A DNA stretch of 63,727 nt, counting the filler, from Thraustochytrium aureum (lineage: Eukaryota): assembly GCA_012862495.1 (NCBI GenBank). It is 5 parts of 4 records of this genome, joined end to end, with 100 filler letters (N's around TTAATTAATTAA, not from the genome) between each part and the next. Parts side by side here need not be neighbours in the genome. Positions count along the whole stretch, not along the records: positions 1 to 21,313 come from BLSG01000178.1; 4 more parts are not named here. One strand, written 5' to 3'. Under the pieces are notes generated by a model. The model was not told the DNA's origin. It worked only from the letters and a program-made list of their open reading frames with translations, and did no database searches. The position numbers and the translations under genes were made by a program. Shown in pieces: positions 9,627-20,099 of this stretch (the stretch's first letter is position 1; each line of letters opens with the position of its first letter).

Positions 9627-12251
9627 CTACAGATCGCTCGGGATGATGCTGTGCCGGCGCGAGCTCTGCACGAGCACGACGGGCGGCAACCCAGCGACAA
9701 GCAGCTGCAGCGACGACACGTAGTTTGCGTCGGCAGCTTTTTCGCGGGCCACTGGGTGGGCGGGCAGGCCAATGAGCGATACACGCGTGCTGTTGAGCGA
9801 GTTGGACGCCATGACTTGATTGACAGCTCCAAGCCCCAGCCTTGCCTCCTCGCCCGTCTCTGCAGCAAGTTGGTCGAGCGGCCGGGCTCCCCGCAAGGCA
9901 ATCACGTGGCAGGTGGCCCCGTGCAGGCGAGCCTTTTCTGCAACGCCCACCAGAGCTTGCTCCTGAGACTCCAGATCGCACTGCTCGCTGACGATATTGA
10001 AGATCCGAAGGCGGCTGCCGCGGCGCTCGAGGCGCAAGATGTGCGCTAGCTGCAACTGAAGCGAGAGGCGGCCGTCTAGTCCCAAGTCTTCGCCGATGAC
10101 CCAAACGTCAATGTTGCTGAGCTCGCGGTGCTTGTGAAACTGGTGGTCAAAGTTGCAGGTCAGGAGGACATGTTTGTGGAACGCACTCAGCACGTCGCGG
10201 AGCACGTCGAGAAAGTCAGACGGCGACTCGAACATTGCGATTTCCGCAGCGTTCACAACTGCCCCCGCGGTGGCCCCTATTGCCTGCGAGTCCTCACGCA
10301 AGAGCAGCTGGCGACGTCGCTCGTTGTACGACTCGGCCAAAGCCGCCGACGGAAGCCCAAAGCCCGTTGGCAACATGAGCACAACACAGTTAGGCTTCAT
10401 GCCCCCGAGCCCGGACAAGAGAACCAGCTGCTGGAAAGCGATGCGCGGCGACGGCGCGAACGTGACCTCTGGGATGGCCTTCATGTGCAAATCCTTGACG
10501 AGCTGGAGCCAATGCGCCCGAAGGTCGGCAACTTGCTGCGCTGCCTCCTCGACCTGCTGCACTGTGAGTGTGCCCGCGGGTTGGCCCTCGAGCGACGGCA
10601 CAAGCACGGCGTCCCCGATCGAGTATAGGCCGCCCTTCTTGAGCGAGTTGCAAAAGTTGACGAGGCGGATGTTGAGCTTGCCCGGGCCTAACAGCAACAG
10701 TAGACTTGGGCGCCAGTTCTTGGGGTGGTCCTCCACGTCGAGGCGCAAGAGGTACTTGCGGACCTGGTGGTACATAATGCTCTGTGAGACGTCGCCCCAC
10801 GTCTTGGCAGGGGCCTTGACGGCGATCCAGATGTAGAGAGCAATGAGGAACGAGCAAGCAGCCACCGCGTACCAAACGTCCAGAAAGAACAGGAGCCCAA
10901 AACACAGAGCAAATCCCACAAACGACTGCGTCCTGGAGTAGAAGCGAAATTGAGGGCGAAAGTTGGGCGTCCCGCTCACGTCCATCAACAGGCAAGTCAG
11001 GTTGATGGCGCCGTACGACACCAAGAAGAACGAGGTGATTATCGGAGAGACGATATCGAGGTCGCCGATGAGGCAACCTGCCTGCGCAATCAGCCACATG
11101 AGGACCACAGCGCGCCGCGGCTCGTCACCGCGCGCCGACCCTTTGGCGAAAAACGAGAGGCCCAGCTTTGGCGGGAGGTCGTCGCGGGCCAGCGCCTGGA
11201 GGATGCGCGAGCCGCCAAAGACACTGCCTAGGGCGCTACTGAATGCAGACACGGCGATTCCTACGATGATGACGTACTTGTTTGGCCACGCCACGTTGGC
11301 CATGACGTTCATGTTTGTCTTGAGCGTGTCGCGCGGGAACCCGCCCGCAAAGCTCACGATGAGAAACGCGTACGTCGTCATCGCTGCGATCACCGCGGCG
11401 ATCGTGCCGCGCCCGATGTCGCGGTTCGGGTTGCGCAGGTCGCCGCTCAGGTTGGCCCCTTCCGAGATCCCTGTGACGCCCGGGAATATGATGCCAAACA
11501 CACTGCGCCACGAGCAGACCCCGCCGCACTTGTCGTCGTATGTGAAGTTCGTCCAAGCGTTGTCGCGCAAGTTTTCAAGGCTAAATCCGGTGAACTCGCC
11601 GCCGTTCTCGAGTTCGGCCAATGGGCTCGCGAACAGCATGGAGGCAATGCCGATCATGATTGCGCCGAATTGGATCGCGAACACGATGCCGTTGATGCGT
11701 GTGAAGAACTCTGCGCCGAGGTACGAGATCACCATGACAAGCGCAAGCGCGATGCTCGAGATGATGCGGTTGTACGTCTGCTTTTCGCTTGTGGTGGTCG
11801 TCTCGTCCGTGAGGAATGCGTCCACGATCGCCGAAGCCACGCCGATGCAGTAGAACGAGCTCCCGATCGCGTAGGAGAGCATAAAGCAAAACCCGATGGA
11901 GCCGCCGAACTCTGCGCCGAGGCACCTGCTGATCAAAAAGTAGCTTCCGCCTCCGCGCATGTTGCCGTTGCTCACGAGGGCCGACATGGACAGCACTGTG
12001 AGCATAGCCACGGTTTCGCCCACTGCGAACAGCAGAAACACGCCCAACCACCCGGTGTACCCCACGCTGAAGCCGATGCGCAGGAACAAGATCACGCCCA
12101 AAATATTGAGCAGGCACGGCACAAAGACGCCATTGAACACGCCGAGGTTGTTTTTGTGCACCTCCACTTGAACCTCTGGCCCTGTCGCGCCCTCCGCATC
12201 CCGCCCGGGGCTCCCCAGAAGAGCCTCGCGTTGCCCAGTTGACCCGTACAT
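9627..12251 (-). CDS. Cation-chloride cotransporter, SLC12 family (SLC12A9-like)
   Basis: LGVFNGVFVPCLLNILGVILFLR, GGGSYFLISR, FPGVTGISEGANLSGDL, YHQVRKYLLRLD, NWRPSLLLL; about 12 TM helices plus a cytosolic C-terminal domain. Start taken at MYGS (12251). Confidence 0.95.
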   Translation of the reverse strand: MYGSTGQREALLGSPGRDAEGATGPEVQVEVHKNNLGVFNGVFVPCLLNILGVILFLRIGFSVGYTGWLGVFLLFAVGETVAMLTVLSMSALVSNGNMRGGGSYFLISRCLGAEFGGSIGFCFMLSYAIGSSFYCIGVASAIVDAFLTDETTTTSEKQTYNRIISSIALALVMVISYLGAEFFTRINGIVFAIQFGAIMIGIASMLFASPLAELENGGEFTGFSLENLRDNAWTNFTYDDKCGGVCSWRSVFGIIFPGVTGISEGANLSGDLRNPNRDIGRGTIAAVIAAMTTYAFLIVSFAGGFPRDTLKTNMNVMANVAWPNKYVIIVGIAVSAFSSALGSVFGGSRILQALARDDLPPKLGLSFFAKGSARGDEPRRAVVLMWLIAQAGCLIGDLDIVSPIITSFFLVSYGAINLTCLLMDVSGTPNFRPQFRFYSRTQSFVGFALCFGLLFFLDVWYAVAACSFLIALYIWIAVKAPAKTWGDVSQSIMYHQVRKYLLRLDVEDHPKNWRPSLLLLLGPGKLNIRLVNFCNSLKKGGLYSIGDAVLVPSLEGQPAGTLTVQQVEEAAQQVADLRAHWLQLVKDLHMKAIPEVTFAPSPRIAFQQLVLLSGLGGMKPNCVVLMLPTGFGLPSAALAESYNERRRQLLLREDSQAIGATAGAVVNAAEIAMFESPSDFLDVLRDVLSAFHKHVLLTCNFDHQFHKHRELSNIDVWVIGEDLGLDGRLSLQLQLAHILRLERRGSRLRIFNIVSEQCDLESQEQALVGVAEKARLHGATCHVIALRGARPLDQLAAETGEEARLGLGAVNQVMASNSLNSTRVSLIGLPAHPVAREKAADANYVSSLQLLVAGLPPVVLVQSSRRHSIIPSDL

Positions 12252-12429
12252 TTTCCTCGGCGGCGCAAGCAACCAAACGGGGAATGCGCAAGCGAGTAGC
12301 GACGGAGCTCGCGATGTCTGCCTGCCGTTCGAGCTAATGCTCCCCCGATCGCCGCGGAGAAGACCGCTTCGACAGCTTTCCGAGGCCCTCGCTCGAGCGG
12401 CTCTGGCGCTTCGGTGTCTGCTGCTCGCC

Positions 12430-12940
12430 CACTTACGTGGTACTTCGTTCCGCAGCAACGTCGAGACCACCGTCCCGTAACGTGGACGCTGACGTTACGT
12501 AAGAAGCGACGTGGATAGTCACGTTAGACCCCGACGTTACTACAGGGACCGGCGGGGAAACCGCGGTCGCGTCATTTGCAGCATTTCGTTACGTAAACAC
12601 GTGGCAGAGCTCGTCAGCATGGGGGTCATGTTATACGGGGTAGGCCAGGGAGCTGTGCTGTATCTCGTCACTAGGACGACTGGCGTTACTAGCACCTCGT
12701 CCTCGTCACGTTGGTGTTACTCGTCACTGCCTGACGTCGCAAGAACTGCCCCAACTACCTCGTCATCTCGAGTGGCCTTGTGACGTGGTGCACGATGTGC
12801 CGCGCGTCGTGCCGTGCAGGACGACTCATTCGCGTCATTCTGGGTATCTACGTGACTTGGCGCACGATGTGGCAGCCTGAGTGCAGCGGCTCCGTCGAGA
12901 TCACTCACTCACTCTCGTCATTTAGGGGGGCTACGTGACT
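12430..12940. promoter_or_regulatory. Bidirectional promoter region with a dense cluster of ACGT-core (CRE/G-box/PAR-like) motifs
   Basis: 15 ACGT cores counted in ~510 bp between divergently transcribed genes, including TGACGT, CACGTG and TTACGTAA x2. Confidence 0.5.
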
Positions 12941-13142
12941 GGGCTTTTGCGGCGAGGAGAACAGGGAGCAGGCCAAGGCACCGCAGACAGGCAGACAGAC
13001 ACCGACTGGCGTCCGTGAAGACGGAAGTAGTAGGGTCTGGCTGCAACGCGCGGCACAGAAGCATTGTCGCGCAAGGTTTTGCTTGCCAAGAACTTGCACC
13101 GCGTCAACCTTTTTCCGGAGTCCGTTGCGCAGATTGAACGGG

Positions 13143-14875
13143 ATGCCTGCCCCGACAATGCTCGAAGGCGACGACGATGTCCAGAGCGAACGACCTGGCG
13201 GGGAGGCTGCGGAGGATGATGCTGTGGATGATGCCGGTGCGGCCGTGGAAGGCGAGGCCAGCGCGGTCGGGGTCGTTGTTGTCAAGGTTAGCAAACACTC
13301 AAGCGAGGACGTTGAAGTCAAGGTCTACTTGAACGGGGACGAGCTGTTTGAGCGGGAAGCCAGAGTCTCGCTCACACTCGCGGTCCCCCGGGCTCTGGGA
13401 CAATGGAGAAGGGCGCATTGTTGAACCACGTGTGGCTGTTGAACAGGCTGGGGTTCGAGCAGGGCCTGAGCCTCGAACAGATCGTCGACAACTGGGCAGC
13501 CTGGGAGGCCCACCTGCTAGACCTGCTGCAGCGTGCCCTCGACCGCGCACGCGCAGACGAAAGCGGCGTGGCGTGGGACGTGGCAGTCGCTACATACCTG
13601 GGCGACTTTGAGCAAGCGGTGCGCAACCTGGGTTGCGCAATCAAGTCCGCGAGCCGGGATGTTGCCAAAATGGCCGCCCAGAGCCGCGAGGCTGCCACGA
13701 CCGGCGTCGCTTCGCTGTGCACCCTCCGGGAGTTTGTGAGCTCGTTCAAAGCTCGCGTTGCCTCCTCCTCTGCTGCCTTTGTCGACCGAACCGCAGTCAC
13801 CGTCGCGGAGACGTTCGACGAGTTTGTCGCGATGGCCATCCACCAGGCAGCGGCTGCAATAGCGCTGCGGCTCACGGCGGGCGACGGAGCAGGTTGGCGT
13901 GAGGAGCTTGCTGGGGCTGCTGCGGCTGCTGCTCTGCAAGTTCAGGGCTACCTTGTTGAACGGGGCTGCAAGGTGATTTGCGACACCGACGAGGACATCA
14001 GGGACAGGGAGAACTACCTGTTGCGTTGGCACCAGCTCAAGCATTACTTTTTGAGCGGACTGTACATGGACGTAAACTTGCGTGCCCCTTCTCAGCTGTG
14101 GGTTGATGCTGTTGGAATGACCATGGCAGGACTCGCCATGCTCACCGCCGTCGTGATCATGTGGGTCGCAGAGCGCAGGACAGGCGCGTACAGCATTGAA
14201 CTCGCCGTCGCGCTCATTCTCGGGTACGTTCTCAAGGATCGGATCAAGGAGTGGGGCAAGCGCCATCTCGTACCAATGCTCAAGCAGCCGGACCGCATTG
14301 CGCAGCTCCGCCTTCGAGGCCCTTCCGACCAAAAGGTGCGCGTCGTTGGTCGTGTGCGCGAGTGGGCCAAAGTGAAGGAGCGCAAGCCGTCAAGCCACGC
14401 CGAGCACAGCCTTGCCCGTGCGGCGCACGAGCCGGGGCCAGAAAACTCTTTCAGCTACGAGCGCAGGGTTCAGGTGGACGAACCTGCATGGCGCGCGGCC
14501 ACGGAAAGGGCTTTCCCATGGTACGACGCCGGCTCGCGCTCCCTTGACGGGCATGGGGTCGAGTTTGTGCAGGTGATCCGACTGAACGTGGGTGACCTCT
14601 GCAAGCGCATAGGACGGTCGGCGGACTCGTACGCCTTTGTGAGTCTGCATTCAGGGCAACCGGGCTTGGTGGAGTGTCCGCAGATATACGAACTGCGCCT
14701 CACGGTTGAGGTCGCGCTGTTGAAAAAGGGCAAGGCAAAGTCGGGGGCCATGTCGCATTTTAGCGCGCACCGCCTCACCGTGGACGCAAGCGGTTTGCGC
14801 AACGTGTCCACGCGCGACGAGGGCGACGGGCAAGAAAACGGAGCAACGGCGGCTGGCACAGTTGAGCCCGCCTAG
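13143..14875 (+). CDS. Uncharacterised membrane protein (two adjacent TM helices); frameshift at ~13397
   Basis: Acidic N-terminus (ORF 13083..13424) joins ORF 13403..14875 if one G is added at CTGGGA. TM hairpin followed by GYVLKDRIKEWGKR. Confidence 0.75.
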
Positions 14876-15009
14876 GTCCGCGTCATGGGTCGGCCTGCCA
14901 AGACGCTGCAGTCTGTGCGAGAGGCCAAAGCGCACAGATGGATCTAGTTTGTTCGTCTGGTTTGCTCTCTCTAGAGCTAGCTAGCTAGCTCGAGAGCTCG
15001 ACTCTCCAG

Positions 15010-18000
15010 CTAGTAAAGGTGTAAAATGTGCGTGTACGGCATCGAGCGCTTCAGCAGCGCAATGTCCTCCTTGAGGGCCTCCAAGTCGGAGACGAGCTTT
15101 TCGTTCTGCTGGCGGAGCACAGCGTTGTCCTCCTTCAGATGGGATTGGGACTTCTCGACGAGGTCGAGCAGGTCCGGGTGCAGGCTTCCCTTTGGGGTGT
15201 GCAAAGCGCCCTGGAGGGACCAGCCCGAGGAGAGTCGCTTGCCGCTGCGGTAGGTTTGGCGGCCGTTTATTCCCGCGGCCGCGGTCCCGCTTGGGAGCGG
15301 TGGCTTTTTGCCAAGGTGCGGGCTGTTGAGCGGGTCGATGGCGAGTCTGTTGCCGAGCACGTTCTCCTTGTCGTCACGCCCGCCGCTTTTGCTCTCGAAG
15401 AGCGCAGCAGCAGCAGCGCGCGACAACTTGCCCTCAGCAAGCGCGTGGCGACTTGCTGCCTCTGCTTGTTGCGACGCCTTGCGCTCAGCCTCTGCGCGCG
15501 CCAGGCGCGCCTCCTCCTCGCGCTTCTTGATGCGTTTCTGCACGCGCTTGTACAGCCGGCTGCGAACAAAAAGGCGCGCGCCCCACGCTGCATGCAACGA
15601 GCCGCAGCGCCGCGCTTGCGAGACGACCGCAGGGTTTCTAGAAAGCGGTTGCAGGCCGTGATCTTGGCCACAGCGCGGCGCCAGCGCATGCGTGCGTAGT
15701 AAAGCTTGAAGCGCCTTCCGACCAGCGCCTTCTCCTCGCTGTCTTTGCCCTCGTCCGAAGCCCACGACGCGGCTTCGAGCATGATTCTGTCGAGGAGGTC
15801 AATCATGCCAGACGAAAAGAACACCTTGGACAAGCCGAGGCGAAAGGCCTCTTGCGGCACGCGAAAGGCCCAAAACAGTGCGGCGACAAAGGTCCGGCCA
15901 CTCTGCTTGTTGCCATTCTCGTTGCCGCGCTGCCAGACACGGAGCGCGTCCGGTGGCAGCGCCGACGCGTAGGCGTCGACGATCGAGTCGTAGTCGATCC
16001 GGGTCGGAAACCCACTCTTGAGCACCGCCGCCGTTTGCGGGATGCTGAGGCACTTGAGCTGCTCGTTGACGTACTCGTTGTTGAACCAGTTCGTGCCACG
16101 CGCCCAGCGCATCTCGGGGTTGGGCTTGACACACCGGATGAAGGAGCACTTGGTGGACTCTAGCGTGTCCACGAGGCCGCGGATCTGACCGCCAAAATTT
16201 GCCACCACAGTTGATTTTTTTCCGCGGGCCCGGGAGGCGACAGCGCCACCTTTGCCCCCGAACGCGTCGCAGGCCACGATGTTCGAAGAGCCCTGCATAA
16301 GCGAGTGCATGTTTGCTGGGATTCTGTCGTTGTTCTTGTTGACGAAATCCCCAACTGTGTACTCCACCACTCCAGCATAATGCGCAATCCGGAACGTCGC
16401 CTGCATGTCTTTCGGGTGCGGCCGCGGAAAGCTCTTGACTTTGCCGAACGCAGAGTGCAGGCGGCGGTTGAGCTTTTCGTCGGTCGGCTTTGGGGCGCGC
16501 GACTCGGAGTCAATCTCCATTAGCAGCCCGGCCATGCCCTGCTTGCCCTCGAACAGGTCAAGGCAGTCGCCGTCGTCGGTTGGGCAAACAAAGGGCTCTC
16601 CGTCCAAGATGAGCCCTTCGCGCTTGTACAAGTCCGCCTCGGCCACAAAGACCTGGTAGTTGAACGTCGACTGGAGCGACTCGTTGGTGTAGTTGATCAG
16701 GAGCTGCTCGAACCCGTTCTTCGCGAACGACTCAAAGCCAAAGATGTCAAGAACGCCAATGAAGGGCAGCGTGGCCAATGGGGCCTCCTCCTTGTAAGCG
16801 CTCATCAGCACGGCGTTGATCTCCTTGACAAGCCAGTCGAAAAGGATGCCATACGTCCACTTGGCGAGAGCGTCTCGGGCGTACTGCGCTGCCACAACGT
16901 CCAGTTTGGTTTCAATGACCTCCATCCCGGCCTTGACCTGCTTGGTGAGCAACAGCCGCTGGAGCTCGCCTTCTGAGACGCCGAGGAGGCTGGCGGCAAG
17001 GCCAAGGGCGCGCTGCGTGATGGCATCCTCGCAAACCTTGGCTGCATCCGAGGACTGCGTCTCGTCAACCGCGAAGCCTACGTTTCCAAGGTGGAGGATG
17101 CCCGCCATAACGCAAAAGATCGCGTCGATCTCTTCTCTTGACTTGCCAATGTCGTGCAGGGCCTGGCAAAGCTCGTTGAAGCGCTCAGCATCCTTGGCGG
17201 CAACCGTCTCTTCGCTAAGGTTGACGCGATGGCGGTTTTTGGTCGGGGCCGCCGCTCCACCACTGCCGCCAGAAGAGGAGGAGGACAATGTAGAAGAGGA
17301 GGAGCCACGGACCTCGGGCCCCTCGAGCACCGGGCCGGGAGTTGGGAATGGAGGCGTCGCTCGAGCTGGCGGCGGCCGCGCCAGGCCTTAGGTATCGGAG
17401 TTTNNNNNNNNNNNNNNNNNNNNNNNNNNNNNNNNNNNNNNNNNNNNNNNNNNNNNNNNNNNNNNNNNNNNNNNNNNNNNNNNNNNNNNNNNNNNNNNNN
17501 NNNNNNNNNNNNNNNNNNNNNNNNNNNNNNNNNNNNNNNNNNNNNNNNNNNNNNNNNNNNNNNNNNNNNNNNNNNNNNNNNNNNNNNNNNNNNNNNNNNG
17601 ATTGCTCGAGCAGGTACGTCTCCACAGTGGCGCCAACGAGTGTCCAGGACTTGCCCGTGGTCCGGTCAGCGGCCCTCTGCACGAAGTGTAGTTTGGAAAA
17701 CTTCCCGAAACGCGAGCTGTTGTGGTTGCAGACGGTCGAAGCGTTGCCAAAGGCCTCGAGAATGGGGCCCACGCCGGCAAGCTGGAGATCTAGCTCGCCG
17801 CGGCCCCCAGACTCGCTCAGGGCGCCCGTTCGCGTAACCAAGTGGTGCAGAACCCGCTTGCCCGACTCGGTCTTGCCCGAGCCGCTTTCGCCGCTGATCA
17901 CCACGGACTGGTTAACTACGAGCTCCACCTCGGCTTCATGGCTAACATCGTGTCCGCTGCGCTCGAGGATCTCCAGCTGGCGCTGACGCTGCAAGCGGCG

Positions 18001-18465
18001 TTCGAAGCAAAAACTCATGTTTTTGAACGCGTTCTCCGCGATGGCAAAGGGGTGGGGCACGTCGCAGGCCATTGCCTTGCCGGGTTGCAGGTCCGGGTCT
18101 TGCACAGGGTGAAGCGGGTTGACACTCACCAGGACAGAGCCCATGTTGGTGTAGGGCAGGTCTTGCTCGCTGCGCATCTTGAGGTTGTGCAGGATGCCCG
18201 CATCGTTGATGTGGTAGAGAGACGTCATATCGGGTACCACACGCGGGTTGGTCAGCTGGACCTGGTCGACGTTGATGGTGAGCTCTGGACCACTGTTTGC
18301 CTTGACGCGGCACTTCTTTTCGTCGTCGTCGATGGAGATCACGTGCGCGAGTTCGAAAACGTGTTGCTCATTTCCAGTGCAGGCTGGGATCCACACGGAG
18401 CTCTTGACTCTGATTTTGGGCGGCGCTGTGGACGACCCAGTACTGTGTCGGCTTGATCCGCTCAT
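15010..18465 (-). CDS. Myosin heavy chain (SH3-like N-terminus, motor domain, IQ region, short coiled-coil tail); gap 17404-17599, frameshift ~15570
   Basis: GESGSGKTE P-loop, LEAFGNA...NSSRFGKF, LDIFGFE switch II, HYAGVVEY, FIRCVKPN, GFPTRI. The tail ends in a heptad repeat. Confidence 0.95.
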
Positions 18466-20099
18466 CTTTTTGGAGTCCTGGCAACAACCGAGCTTGATCC
18501 AAAAGAGGTCTGGGTTCGGCGGCCTGGTTGTCGATGCCTCGGCTATCGTATTCTCTTTTGGCCCTGCGTTGCGCGACTTTGGTTTCTGGGCGATCTTCTC
18601 GCGCAGCGTTCGCCTCCACTACGGATGCAATTGATCGAACTCCTCGCTCTGGGTTTGGCAAGCCGCTGCTGCTGGCGGCGGCTGCGGCGAGAAGTCGACG
18701 CCCTTGGGTAATTGCTGCGACAGCCGAGCCAGACGTTGGTCGGCACGACTTGCCAAATCGCCATCCGCAGGGCAGTGAACGATTTGCCACTTCGCGGCAT
18801 TGCAGCCGGCACTTCCGGAGCACTCTTGTCAAACTCACAGAGACGTGCGTAGAGAACAAAAGTTAGAAGCATGCTTCGAGTGGCAGGGGCAGCACGCTCG
18901 TGAATGGCAAGGCTGCGATCGGAAGGCGCTTGCGCTCCTAGAGGAGGCCAGAAAACGCGTCAGCTGAGGAAGGCGAGACGGCGACGAAGGACTGCGAATC
19001 GCGTCGAGGTGGGCGAAAAGCCCAGGGGCAACAAGCAACTCTGACCGATTCTTTCCGGGTCCTACTCGGAACCCGCTCGAGTCCGCTGGGCGAGCCAGCC
19101 TTTTTTCGCAAGCGAGTTGGTAGCCAGCTCGAGTTTCGAGCTAGCCGAGACCTTTTCCGTCGCGTTCTTGGTGAAGCGCAGCGTAGTACACATCAACCAC
19201 ATGGAGTGCAATCAAAACAGCTGCCTTGCCAAAGCCCCCAGCGGGGCCTTTCGGCCAATCTTGTCGGGACAGGATTGACTGCCTCCCGTAAGCCCACACG
19301 CGCGCAAAACAGAATGGAATTGCTCTCTAGAGCTAGGTCCGATCGCATTGGCATGTCTGGCTGGGTCTTTCCGCAAATCAACGGGTGTTCCCGAAATCGA
19401 GTGAATCTTAGAAAACATGCATTATGTATTAGAGATATTCCCCTAACGTCCCGCTCCTGCCCCCGAGAGCCGTTCGAGCCGTTGCACGTTTTTCGGGCCG
19501 TGTCGCGCAGCGCAAGCAAAGGTGGGCAAGAAGCAATTGTGTCAACGCGACGTTTGGCGCGTGGAAGGCACCCCAATTGCTCGCGTCCCTTCGTCCATCT
19601 GAGGCCGTTCCAAACCGAGTTATCGGCGGCGAGATTGTCCCACCGCTTGGTGCTGCGCAGGCCCGCCCTGGCGTAGGTCAACCCTGACTCTCGGGCCGAC
19701 GGGCCGCGGAACGACCCGCTGTTTCGTTCGTCGGTCCTGGCGCCCGTAGGCACCTCCACCAGAAACGGACGGTGTGGTCACGCGCTGTTGTTTCTCGCAA
19801 GGAAGTCTGCAATGACTCGAGCGAGCCTTCGCGCGGCACACAATTTTCACGAACGAGTGCACTCGACTGATGAAGATGTACCCACCAACCACCAACCACC
19901 AACACCGTGCGAATTCAGACTCGGGATACGTGATCGGCTCAGTTCCCCAAGTTGCATTGCGCCAAGGAGCAGATTTGCGACAGGTTGAGCCGAGTGAACT
20001 GGGCAGCGCTCGCCCCAGACCGCAACAGGGGGAGGTGGAGACAAGACCAGGGCCACTCGAAAACGCTACACTACTTACTCCCTCTCTCTGCTAGCTCTG

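Noticed and set aside
18500..20090. Assorted 60-190 aa ORFs between the myosin and vWA genes (similar cases at 8230-9060, 31000-32700 and 48518-49090)
   Set aside because: No motifs, Arg/Ala/Pro-rich random-like composition and weak codon bias; treated as intergenic or UTR.
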